Shown here in pieces: positions 51,101 to 64,000 of a stretch of DNA of 64,000 bases. The DNA lies in assembly GCF_006345805.1 (NCBI RefSeq), contig NC_043011.1:45272464-45336463 (forward strand). The letters are read 5' to 3'. The stretch is from Octopus sinensis. Its lineage: Eukaryota. Made by a program: the position numbers and the translations under genes. The notes beneath the pieces are model-generated. The model had not been told where the DNA came from, made no database searches, and saw nothing but the letters and a program-made list of their open reading frames with translations. Position 1 is the first letter of the stretch. Every line of letters begins with the position of its first letter.

Positions 51101-52216
51101 TATATATATATTATATATATATATATATATAGGCGCAGGAGTGGCTGTGTGGTAAGTAGCTTGCTTACCAACCACATGGTTCCGGGTTCAGTCCCACTGC
51201 GTGGCACTTTGGGCAAGTGTCTTCTACTATAGCCTCGGGCCGACCAAAGCCTTGTGAGTGGATTTGGTAGACGGAAACTGAAAGAAGCCCGTCGTATATG
51301 TGTATATTTGTGTGTCTGTGTTTGTCCCCCTAGCATTGCTTGACAACCGATGCTGGTGTGTTTATGTTCCCGTAACTTAGCGGTTCGGCAAAAGAGACCG
51401 ATAGAATAAGTACTGGGCTTACAAAGAATAAGTCCCGGGGTCGAGTTGCTCGACTAAAGGCGGTGCTCTAGCATGGCTGCAGTCAACTGACTGAAACACG
51501 TAAAAGAGTAAAAGAGAGTAACAGAGTATATATATATATTCAAAATGTGACCGCATGTGTACTGTTGGCGATTTTTTTCCCTCTGTCTTCCTGGATCTTT
51601 CCTTCTCCTATGTTTCCGACGAAGAGCTCCGTTCGAAACATTAAACCCACCTTCTATAATACTATATTTGTTCCACGTCCTCGCGTTGTTGTGTTTTTTT
51701 GTACTTTCTTGTTTGGATTAACTATATATACATATATATATATACTTATATATACGACGGGCCTCTTTCAGTTCCCGTCTATCAAATACACTCACAAAGG
51801 TCGGCTCGAGGCTACAGTAGAAGACACTTGTCCAAGGTTCCTAGCAGTAGGACTGAACCCGGAGCTATGTGGCTGGAAGGCAAGCTTCTTATTACACAGC
51901 CATGTCTATATGTATATAAACAATGAACTTGTGTTGCATTATCTATGAGTCATATTATATACACCTGTGCGCCATACTATTGCATCAGCTTTACTTTATA
52001 ACTTGTATAACTACTTGAACAATAAATTTGTTTGCGTATATACATATACATACATTTGTACACTTACAAAGACACGCACACTCCCTCATACACACACACA
52101 CACACACACACCACACACACACACACACAAGTGTTTTGTTGAAGTAACTTGAAATGACTTTCAAATACTGAAAAGGAAGTACTTTGTTGTTTAGTGACCT
52201 ATATGCTATGCTTACA

Positions 52217-52264
<48 letters not shown>

Positions 52265-52426
52265 CGCGGGAATGGCTGTGGGGTGAGTAGCTTGCTTACC
52301 AACTACATGGTTCCGGGCTCAGTCCCACCTGCGTGGCACCTTGGGCAAGTATCTTCTACTATTGCCTCGAGCCGACCAAAGCCTTGTGAGTGGATTTGGT
52401 AGACGGAAACTGAAAGAAGCCCATCG

Positions 52427-52463
<37 letters not shown>

Positions 52464-52966
52464 ATGTGTGTATGTGTGTATGTGTTTGTATGTCTGTGTC
52501 CCTCCCCCCCAACATCGCTTGATAACAGATGCTGATGTTTTTACGTCCCCGTAAATTAGGGGTTCGGCAAAAGAGACCGATAGAAAAATTACTAAGCTTA
52601 CAAAGAATAAGTCCCGGGGTCGATTTGCTCGACTAAAGACGGTGCTCCAGCACGGCCGCAGTCAAACGACTGAAATAAGTAAAAGAGTATATAAACACGA
52701 GGAGGTGGTAAAAGGTTTTTTTCTCTTTTACGGTTTCGCGAAAGACATGACTGGAGGCCGAACCCTCCGAGTGTTTTTTACAGGGCTTAGAAAAACTGAA
52801 GGACCACTGCAATAAGTGTGTGAATCTGAGAGGAGAATATGTTGAATAAAATCATAACTAACTGATCCTCCTGTATTTTCTTTTACTCAAAGCCAGGAAC
52901 ATTTCAGCACCACCAAGTATGTATGTGTGTGCGCGCGCATGTATGCAGACAGATAGATAGATATCT

Positions 52967-53019
<53 letters not shown>

Positions 53020-53044
53020 CATACATGTGTGTGTGCGTGTGTGT

Positions 53045-53048
53045 ATAC

Positions 53049-53119
<71 letters not shown>

Positions 53120-53490
53120 CAGATACCCACACACACACACACATATACACAAAACACAATCACACAAACACACGTGTACACATATATACCTGCATACATC
53201 ACACAAACATACATACACTCCCACATATATAAGCTTACATATGTCCATAAAAATTTATATACACATACATACATACATACATACATACATACACACATAC
53301 ACACACACACACACATACATACATACATACATACATACATACATACATACATACATACATACATACATACATACATACATACATACATACATACATACAT
53401 ACATACATACATACATACATACATACATACATACATACATACATACATACATACATACATACATACATACATACATACATACATACATGC
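53045..53490. repeat. (GATA)n and long (TACA)n microsatellites
   Basis: Seen directly. Similar (TACA)n tracts lie at 44250-44530. Confidence 0.95.
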
Positions 53491-54487
53491 ATGCATGTGT
53501 GTGTGGGGCAGTCGCGTGCGTGCACATATGTACATACAAACATAAAGAGACAGGCATTTAATTTGGAAGTAACCAGCAAACACTGTAGCAACCAAATCCA
53601 TACCGTTTAATATACTGTAATGTTGATTCTGGCATTAAAGAATTGCAGATTTTCTTGTTAAGGTTGTTTCTTCATCAGCGGCAACGAAAACGGCTAAGAG
53701 AATTTACCTGTTATGTACAGAAAATCTTGAGAGAACACCGTAAATCGATGAAGAAACTTAAGATGAAAGAAGTCATTAACGGCCGTGATCGGTTGCGAAA
53801 GAACTTTAAAGAAGGTCCTTGTAACCGTCATTAAAACTTAAAATAAAAATATATGTTCCTTCTCAAGCCATGCCAGGCTCATAAGGCTCTTATGAGGGCC
53901 GGGACGCCGGTCCGTCGCAGGATTACTCATTTTTACCAGTTGAGTTGACTGGAGTAACGTGAAATGAAGTGCTTTGCTCAAGAACACAACGCATCGCCCA
54001 GTCGAGGAATCGAAACCACAACTTTACGATCATGAGTTCAACACCCTAACCACTAAGCCACGCGCCTCCACAATTAAAGCATAAGACTAATTTAATGGTT
54101 GAGCAGCTTCGTTCACAGCTATGGGATCTTGGTTTCAGTTCCACGTGTTGCACCTTGGGTAAGGGTTCTCTAATATAGTCCCGGGCCAACCGAAGTCCTG
54201 TCAGTGGATTTATACACATCAGTATATAAATATATCTTTCTTTTATACAGCGTTCAAAAAGTCTCTCCGCAGTATTTTATTGCAAACTAAATACTTATAA
54301 GATAGTATAAGACTACAAAGTGGAGGCACATGGCCTTGTGGTTAGAGCAGCGGACTCGCGGTCGAGGGATCGCGGGTTCGAATCTCAGATCGGGCGATGT
54401 GTGTGTTTATGAGCGAAACAAAACACATACACGCACACACATTTGACTGCGACCTTGCTGGAGCACCGCCTTAAAGGATTACCGCTA

Positions 54488-54830
54488 AGTTACGGTGACG
54501 TAAACACGCCAGCATCGGTTGCCAAGCGATGGTGGCGGGACAAACAGACGCATAGACACGCACACTTAAATATATACATACATATATATATTTAAGTGTG
54601 CGTGTCTATGTGTCTGTTTGTCCCGCCACCATCGCTTGGCAACCGATGCTGGCGTGTTTACGTCACCGTAACTTATATATACATATATATATACATACAT
54701 ATATATATTAAGTGTGCGTGTCTATGTGTCTGTTTGTCCCGCCACCATCGCTTGGCAACCGATGCTGGCGTGTTTACGTCACCGTAACTTATATATACAT
54801 ATATATATACATACATATATATATAAACAT
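54488..54830. repeat. SINE segment followed by two inverted tandem copies (116-bp period)
   Basis: aagttacggtgacg...cacacttaa, then its reverse complement at about 54592 and again at 54708. Confidence 0.85.
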
Positions 54831-57181
54831 ACACACGCGCGCATGCGCACACACATATACGATGTTCTTTCAGTTTCCATCTACCAAATCCACTCACAAG
54901 GTTTTAGTTGGCCTGAGGTTATAGTAGAAGACACTTGCCCAAGGTGCCATGTAGTAGGACTGAACCCAGAATGATGTGGTTGAGAAGTAAGCTTCTTACC
55001 ACACATTCACGCCTTGTATATTTGCGCGCGTCTTTGAGCTTGTTTCCCATCGCTTGACAACTCGATGTTGATTTATTTACGACACGGTAACTTACTAGTT
55101 GGGTACATGAGACCAACGAAATAAGTGAATAAGTTAATAATAAAATAAAATGAAGTGCTGAGGTAAATTTTGTTCGACTGAAAGCTACAAGCCGGTATCC
55201 TCGTATGGCCGAAGTCCAATTTCTGAAAAAACACTAAAAAGAATGAAATAATTACAGGATGCACAAAACGCCGTTGTCGGCAAGCATAGAAAGAACAGCA
55301 GAATAAATTTAGCCACTTTGAAGGTGGTGAGCTGGCAGAATCGTTAGCACGCCGGGCGAAATGCGTAGCCGTATTTCGTCTGCCGTTACGTTCTAAGTTC
55401 AAATTCCGCCGAGGTCGACTTTGCCTTTCATCCTTTCGGGGTCGATAAATTAAGTACCAGTTACGCACTGGGGTCGATGTAATCGACTTAATCCGTTTGT
55501 CTGTCTTTGTTTGTCCCCTCTATGTTTAGCTCCTTGTGGGCAATAAAGAAATAAGAATAAATTTAGCGACTTTTTAATACCATGTTAAAGACAGTTGAAC
55601 CCCTTAGCCTAGTTTGACCATAGTTCCTTTTTGATGGTTTCGTATTCTTACTAACGGTAACACATTAGGGGCTAAAATGTGAAATAAGAGATATTAAATT
55701 TAGCGGTGTGGGTTGTGGGGTGGGATCCAGGTCACGGGAAATTCAAGAACCTGTCGAACTGGATTTAAAATATATCACTTTCTTAGTTAAACACGTTCAA
55801 ATAAACTAAATACTTTGTTTAAAATAGTCAGCAAAATCCAGGTAATCAAGAAAATGATATCAGGTTTGTGTTCATATAATATATGGAAATATATTCAAGA
55901 AACAGCAGGTACAGTTTGTAAAAGCCGTGACACTAAAATACAGGAGCTGATGTTTTTGAACCATCCTATTAATGTTTATTAAACAACACTAATTCATTCT
56001 ATTGTGTCTGGAGAGAGTCATTCTCTTTAAGTGCCTTGGATGGAAGCACTCCGTCGGTTACGACGATGAGGGTTCCGGTTGATCTGAATCAGCCTGCTCG
56101 TGAAATTAACGTGTAAGTGGCTGAGCACTCCACAGACACGTGCACCCTTAACGTAGTTCTCGGGGATATTCAGCGTGACACAGAGAGTGACAAGGCCGAC
56201 CCCTTGAAATACAGGTACAACAGAAAGTTGTGGTGAAAGAGTACAGCAGGGATCACCACCATCCCCTGCGGGAGCCTCGTGGAGCTTTTAGGTGTTTTCG
56301 CTCAATAAACACTCACAACGCCCGGTCTGGGAATCGAAACCACGATCCTATGACGGCGAGTCCGCTGCCCTAACCACTAGGCCATTGCGCCTCCTTTTAG
56401 TGCCTTATAATGTAACACACACACTGGTAAAATTTCCACTTATTTCTTATTTTTATTTTCCCAACATTTTCGTTGCGTCTTGCAAACTTTTCAATAGTTG
56501 TGACTCTGTCCGTTATTTACACTGCGTTCCATTTTGTTTGTGCGCATGTGTATGGGTCAGTGTGTGTGTATGTGTGTGTGCCTATGCATGCATGTACGTA
56601 TGTATGTGTGTATGTATGCATGTGTGTGTATGTATATATGTATGTGTATGCATATGTATATATCTATGTTTGTGTGCATCTGTATGTATGTATCCTGCAT
56701 ATTCATGTGCTTGCCTGTCCGTGTTTGTGTATTTTCTATGTATGTGTGTGCGTGAGCGTGTGTTTGTATTTGCATGTACCTCTGTCTCCTTGTGTGTGTG
56801 TGTGTCTGTGCGTGTTATGCAACTATGTACCATGTTTGGATGTATGGATGTGCGTCTCTATATGTGTGGATCCGTGTCTCCATATGTGTCCTTGTGTGGA
56901 GTAAAGTGTGTGTATATATAGTCATGTGTTTCAGTCTCCATTTGCGTATGTGTGTATGTGTGCTTGTCTGTTCTTATAACCTATGTACCTATCCGTCTGT
57001 ATGTTGATCTGTTTATTTTCATATCCATATGCTTACACAAAAAAATAAATAAAATTTTTTTTTAATTATAAAAAAAAAATATTAGAAAATATAAAAATTA
57101 AAAAATGCATGTGCATACACACACACTCACACATATATCTATCCATATAAGAGTCCACTAACTATTCTACTCTACCTGTGT

Positions 57182-57229
57182 AAACTGTGGGTATGGAGGT
57201 ATGATATCATACCTCCATACCCACAGTTT
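57182..57229. repeat. Perfect 48-bp palindrome
   Basis: aaactgtgggtatggaggtatgat|atcatacctccatacccacagttt. Confidence 0.95.
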
Positions 57230-58019
57230 TGTATTTTAGGTTGTAACGCGTGACCTGAAAAATTATGTTATCCAATCAGGAATAACTAACCTTAACTTTA
57301 TTGTTATTAAAAAGTTAATTGCATTCGTTTATCGATGAGAAGTTTTAGAATTGGCTTTAGCAAGAAAATATTATACAAGGAGTGCACATTCAAACTATAG
57401 AAACAAATTAGAAAGGCAAACGTAACTTGGACTGATCAATCATTCTAAAGGATATCGATATCGATACTGAAATTTTCAGATACTTCATTCTCTAGTAAAG
57501 CGTTCCTCGTCGTAAAATAAATACAAAAATACACTTCAGCACCAATATCTTACCGCAAACACATTCAAAAACCGTTATTACTAATATCTACACTCATTCA
57601 GGTCAGGAGACTTGGAAAAAATTCTTCATGCTTTTCATAATTGGTCTGAACCTTGATGATCAACAAATATTAACTGAATGAGAGTATGTGCATTATATGT
57701 ACAACAAAACTCCGAGCAGCAAACGAATGAATAATCAACAGATTCCTTGTAGAGTTGGTAAATGTCCATGCTTCCTGAGATTCGCTAACACTACACCTGA
57801 TTCTCTCCCCTCCATACACACGCAAGCATGTATCTGACTCATACACTGTTCACTTTCCAGACATTTGTACATTACTGCATATGTTTTATACGCACTTTTG
57901 ACAAGTTGTGGTACACCTGAGCACTGTATACAATAATTTCATTATTATTTTTATTATAAATATAAGCGGCACATAATGCATACAGTAGTCTTTTATTTCT
58001 TTTGTAAGTATGAACAAGT

Positions 58020-58051
<32 letters not shown>

Positions 58052-58941
58052 GTAGGTAGGTAGGTATAATGTTTACACACATCCCATACACCACACATAC
58101 ACACACATACACACATGTTTACACAACACTTTGAAATTATTGTTCTTAAATCTAACGGGAAGACGTGAGTGGGTAAGTTGCTATAATCAGTTAGCACACT
58201 TATCGCGAATACAAGACGTGTGGGTTCGTTTCCCACGCGTACTAAAACCCACTTTTTTTTCCGTCGAGGGCTTATATGCCCCAATACCAGACTATTTTCT
58301 TTATCCAATACACGGTGAACGCTTATAAGCTTTAAGCTTATCATTACTATTATGATTTACAGAACTTTGATTTGTCAATGTTTCTTCATTTAAATCAGGT
58401 GTGGCTGTGTGGTAAGAAGCTTGCTGCCCAACCACATGGTTCTGGGTTGCTACTGCGAGGCAATTTGGGAATGTGTCTATAGCCTCAGACGAATGAGTGG
58501 ATTTGGTAAACGGAAACTGAAAGAAGCCCGTCGTATATATTTATGTGTATGTGTCTATGTTTGTCCCCCACCACCCTAACACCACCACCACCATAGCGTG
58601 ACAATCGGTATTACAGTGTTTATGTCCCTGAAACTTACCGGTTCGGCAAAGAAGGCTGATAGAATAAGTACTAGTCTTAGAAAGAATAATTCATGGTGTC
58701 GAATTCTTCGCTTTAAGAAAACCCTTAAAGGAGGTGTTCCAGCATGGCCACAGTCAAATGACTGAAACAAGCAAAGGGATAAAAAAGAATGTGACTGTGT
58801 GATAAGTAGCTTGCTTACCAACCACATGGTTCTGGGTTCAGTCCCACTGTGTGACACCTTGGACAAGTGTCTTCTACTATAGCCTCAGACCGACCAAAAC
58901 CTTGTGAGTGGATTTGGTAGGCGGAAACTGAAAACAACCCG

Positions 58942-59012
<71 letters not shown>

Positions 59013-59357
59013 GAGAGAGAGGTAGATACTTGTGTGTCTGTGTTTGACCTCTCACCATCGCTTGACTACAGATGTTGGTGTGTTTACGTCCCCTTAGCTT
59101 AGGGGCTCAGAAAAAGAAACCGCTAGAATAAGTACTAGGCTTACAAAGAATAAGTCCTGGGATCGATTTGTTCGACTAAAGGCGGTGCTCCAGCATGACC
59201 GCAATCAAATGACTGAAACAAATAAAAGTATAAGGACATATATATAAATAGATTATATATATGTATATATATCTTTTATATATATATGCATACTCACACA
59301 CATCTGTGAATATCTTCGTCCTTTTTCATAATAGACACGACTACAGACACACATGCA

Positions 59358-59437
<80 letters not shown>

Positions 59438-59649
59438 GTGTGCGTGTATGTGTCCTACTTGAGATATATATATATTAATACAAGCACTGGCATTGAAGAG
59501 GTTGGCTGTTAGGTGGCATGGATGGTAGATAAGAGGAGGTAAACTTTGAGTACAGGGTTCACTGAAGGCACTCCACTCGGTTATCAACGACGAGACACAG
59601 TGGGTTTTGTGTGGTTTGCGATAACCTTATCTGACTTCATCACCAGAAT

Positions 59650-59666
59650 AACTACTACTACTACTA

Positions 59667-59697
<31 letters not shown>

Positions 59698-59816
59698 TCT
59701 TCGTCTTCTTCTTCTTCTTCTTCTTCTTCTTCTTCTTCTACTACTACTACAACTTCTATTACTACTACTACGATTACTACTACTACGATTACTACTACTA
59801 CTACTACTACTACTAC

Positions 59817-59857
<41 letters not shown>

Positions 59858-60130
59858 TAATAATAATAATAATGATAATAATAACGACACTATCACCACC
59901 ACCGCACCAACAACTTTTGCAACTACAATTACTGCTACAATTAGTAGTACTACTACAACTACTACTACTATTACTACCACCACAGCAACAATAACTACTA
60001 TTACTACTAATAATAATAATAATAACAATAACAATAACAATAATAATAACAACAACAACAATAATAATAATAATAATGCTGTTACTACAACTACAACTGT
60101 AACTAAAAAGTACCTACAACTACTACAGCA
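59650..60130. repeat. Compound (ACT)/(CTT)/(AAT)/(AAC) trinucleotide repeat
   Basis: Seen directly. Confidence 0.9.
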
Positions 60131-60353
60131 TAAACAACACCTGTAAGCAATAGAAGTACAACTGCAGTAGTAACACCTGCAATATTTTTCATCAACTACT
60201 TACACAACCGCAAACAACTACAAAAGCAGTTTGTCGGTGAAGGCCCTGCTACGTGATTGCTTGACCTCCTGTTAATGGCAGCCAAATTTCTTTCCAATCA
60301 CATCTAACATCGAGTGACGGGGGAGTGGGTACTTGGAACTGGGGATAGTTTAA

Positions 60354-60574
60354 CCCTTTAGCAATTAAACCGGCCATATCCGGCCAAAAGTATTCTGCCT
60401 GTTCTATGTTCAAAATGGCCAGATCTGGTCTCTCACACCAACCCTTCAATATCCTTTTAAAAATTAACAGCTACCTCATCAAAATCTCATAGCTACAAGA
60501 TAATGCATGATTAGTTCAAAACAATGTGGATAAAAAAGAATTAATTTTGGCAGAATAATGTGAACACTAAAGGG
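60354..60574. mobile_element. piggyBac-type MITE
   Basis: TTAA|CCCTTTAG ... CTAAAGGG|TTAA. Confidence 0.85.
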
Positions 60575-61115
60575 TTAAAGATATAGAGGAGGGGAGGTCA
60601 GGAAGGTGGAACTTAGGTACTAGGTGCTACTTTCGCTCATTTTTCCGCCCTGAACTGAAGAGCAGGGGAACACCTTACCCCTGCATTCCTCGTTCTCCTC
60701 CCTATTCCATTTACATCACCGGTTGAAACTCGGAATATTAGTACGGTCAACAATGTTGTGTAAATCAATGGGATGATCATGGCTGGAAACGTGTTTGGTC
60801 ATAGACCTGTCCTCAGTCAGAGCTAACCTGGAGTCTAAATAACAACAACAAAAACTACTGCTGCTGCTTACTACTACTACTACTACTACTACTACTACGA
60901 AAACAACATCGCGGGAGCCTCTACATGGTCGCTAAACCGGCTAGAAGTATTAATAGCAGCCAAATTTCCTTTAAATGACTAAATTTTAAAAAGACACATT
61001 AAATCAGTGAATCTCAGCCTGGATCATATGGCCCTTAGGGATCCATATATCCTTTAGAGGTCAATGCAAGATCTTGTTATTAAAATCTATAGGCGTAGGA
61101 GTGGCTATGTGGTTA

Positions 61116-61385
61116 GTAGCTTTCTAACCAACCACATGGTTCCGGGTTCAGTCCCACTGCGTAGCTTGCTTACCAACCACATGGTTCCGGGTTCAGTCCC
61201 ACTGCGTAGCTTGCTTAGCAACCACATGGTTCCGGGTTCAGTCCCACTGCGTAGCTTGCTTAGCAACCACATGGTTCCGGGTTCAGTCCCACTGCGTAGC
61301 TTGCTTACCAACCACATGGTTCCAGGTTCAGTCCCACTGCGTAGCTTGCTAACCAACCACATGGTTCCGGGTTCAGACCCACTGC
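61116..61385 (+). repeat. Six tandem 45-bp copies inside a family B SINE head
   Basis: gtagcttgcttaccaaccacatggttccgggttcagtcccactgc starting at 61116, 61161, 61206, 61251, 61296 and 61341. Confidence 0.95.
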
Positions 61386-61480
61386 GTGGCACTTTGGGCA
61401 AGTGTCCTCTACTATAGCCTTGGGCGACCAAAGCCTTGTGAGTGGATTTGATAGGCAGAAACTGAAAGAAGCCTGTCGTA

Positions 61481-61528
<48 letters not shown>

Positions 61529-64000
61529 TATATATATAAAAGAGACCGATAGAATAAGTACTAGGCTTAGAAAGAATAAGTCCTGGGGTCGATTTGCTCG
61601 ACTAAAGGCGATGCTTCAGCATGGCCGCAATCAAATGACTGAAACAAGTAAGAGAATAAAAGAGTAAATAAATTGGTTTTATTTCTACGATGCACAAAAT
61701 ATTTTAACAATTTATTTTTATACAATCCCTAATAAGTAAGGTAAAGGTAAACAACCCCTTCGGTCATAAAAGGCACAAGTCCGGGCTGGGTTGTTTAAGG
61801 AAGACCAGCAGTTGCCTATGAATACCAGGCTCCCGTCTGCACGTCACCGTTGTTGTCCAAGGGAAAGGCAAAGGGGTCGATACGGCTTGGCATCGGTGAC
61901 ATCGCAACACATTTCAACAACTGAGTGAACTGGAGCAACGTGAAATATGAGTGTCTTGCTCAAGAGGAGCACAACACACAGCTCTGTCCGGCAATCGAAC
62001 TCACTACCTCATGATTATGAGCCCGATGTTCTAACCACTGAGCCATGCACCTTTACGATAAAATGTAATTATAAAAATATAATACTTTCTCTTTTACCTT
62101 CTGTCTTTTACTTGTTTCAGTCATTTGACTGCGGCCATGCCGGAGCACCGCCTTTAGTCGAGCAAATTGACCCCGGGACTTATTCTTTGTAAGCCCAGTA
62201 CTTATTCTATCGGTCTCTTTTGCCGAACCGCTAAGTTACGAGGACGTAAACACACCAGCATCGGTTGTCAAGCAATGCTAGGGGGACAAACACAGACACA
62301 CAAACACACACACACAAATATATATATACATATATACGACAGGCTTCTTTCAGTTTCCGTCTACCAAATCCACTCACAAGGCATTGGTCGGCCCGGGGCC
62401 ATAGCAGAAGACACTTGCCCAAGATGCCACGCAGTGGGACTGAACCCGGAACCATGTGGTTGGTTAGCAAGCTACTTACCACACAGCTACTCCTGCGCCT
62501 ATCGAATGGCTATGGGGGTCCGGTAGAGTAAACTAGAAATCAAAGGGGACCATAGGTAAAAAAAAATGGTTGAGAACCGCTGCTTTAAATAAGTATGGTC
62601 CCAGGTATATTACGTCCAAAAAGAAAAAAAAGACATGATGATCATGGTTGGAACACCTGTGATCATATCTCTGCTTGACCAGGTCCAACCTGATGTTGAA
62701 CAACAACAACAACAACACAGTTAACAAGACAAGAGAGACACCATGTGATATCTTGATCTAAAAATGACAGTCAAATCTCCCTTATGTCATACCATATTGT
62801 CTTAAATCAACAATCATTGGATTGATTAGACTGGATAATGTAGTTTTACATACACTGTCCGAACAAACACGGGATGGTCATGGCCGGAATGCTTTCGGTC
62901 AGGGTTGACTTAGCGATAAACGTGAATAATAATAAACATAACAATAGAACTACGACCATAACATATGCCAATCACAAGCAATAGGCAGCTCGCGGAAGTT
63001 TCTTATTTCGTTACTACCCACAAGGGGCTAAACATAGAGGGGACAAACAAGGACAGACAAACGGATTAAGTTGATTATATCGACCCCAGTGCGTAACTGG
63101 TACTTATTTAATCGACCCCGAAAGGATGAAAGGCAAAGTCGACCTCGGCGGAATTTGAACTCAGAACGCAATGGCAGACGAAATACGGCTACGTATTTCG
63201 CCCGGCGTGCTAACGTTTCTACCAGCTCGCCGCCTTAACGTTTCTTAACGTAGTGCGGCCCACCTGATGATCCATATCTCATCCGGCCCTTTTCTCGAAA
63301 AAAGAGTGTTCATAGATTCTATGCAATTGATCAACTAGCAAAAAACAGTAACTAAGTCTCCCTCAAATCACAACTTCACGCCCTTAAAGAGAACACATTG
63401 GATAATGTAGTCCAAGATATACTTTTAAAAACGTGTTGGTCACGGCTGGAATGCTTTTGATCATCGGTCTGCTGGATCATGGCTGAGCTGAGACTAAAGC
63501 AACAACAACAATGGTTTGGTTATTTTGTTCTAGCGACACGTAGGGACAGATATTACCATAAATGGTAGGGTGTAAGACCAACCTTTATCTTTAGGTGAAA
63601 GCTACGTCAGACTGAGAGAGAGAATAAGAGAGAAGAATGGAGAGAGAACAAAAGAAAGAGAGGGGTGGGAGGGTGAGGAAGAGGCAGGCTGAAAGAGAGA
63701 TAGAGAGAGTGGGAGAGAGAGGTAGATAGAGGGATTAATAGGGATAGAGACATATTGACAAGTGGTAGAGGTTGTTCGGGGTAAATTTGACTACACTGTA
63801 TATACAAGCATTACATAAATACACACACACATACAAGCACACACACACACAGACACATACACACACACAAATATATATTCATGTTTGTTTTTTTATATGT
63901 TTACTCTTTACTCTCTTTTACTCTTTTACTTGTTTCAGTCATTTGACTGCGGACAAACACAGACACACAGACACACAAACACACGCACGCACACATACAT

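Noticed and set aside
61116-61385. CRISPR-like array
   Set aside because: Units are contiguous with no unique spacers, derive from a SINE head, and there are no cas genes in this eukaryotic DNA.
61064-61431. Recurrent ORFs such as MPKVPRSGTEPGTMWLV and VYQIHSQGFGRPEAIVEDTCPRC
   Set aside because: Translations of the non-coding family B SINE, repeated throughout the window.

Overview
AT-rich animal genomic DNA saturated with microsatellites and SINEs. The repeat families suggest an octopus or other coleoid cephalopod (inference). There is a 100-N gap at 35329-35428. The only host gene I can support is the 3' part of a + strand shootin-1 (SHTN1)-like gene: five phase-compatible GT-AG exons at 1400-17640 and a probable terminal exon at 19069. 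Most ORFs in the track are translations of microsatellites or SINEs. The rest is a transposon landscape: several tRNA-headed SINE families, a full-length but dead Tc1 element carrying nested CR1 and Penelope pieces, mariner, Tc1 and piggyBac MITEs, two non-autonomous Helitrons, and CR1, RTE, CRE-like and Penelope (GIY-YIG) relics. The most striking signal is non-coding: several unrelated short elements carry hammerhead ribozyme cores (CUGANGA...GAAA...NUH), most of them in fold-back insertions. The best examples are a 452-bp tandem plus inverted array with one hammerhead per unit (49439-50792, retrozyme-like) and a tRNA-headed, hammerhead-bearing element with target-site duplications (15535-15913; second copy 11330-11519). 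All family assignments are by eye from remembered motifs; no searches were run.
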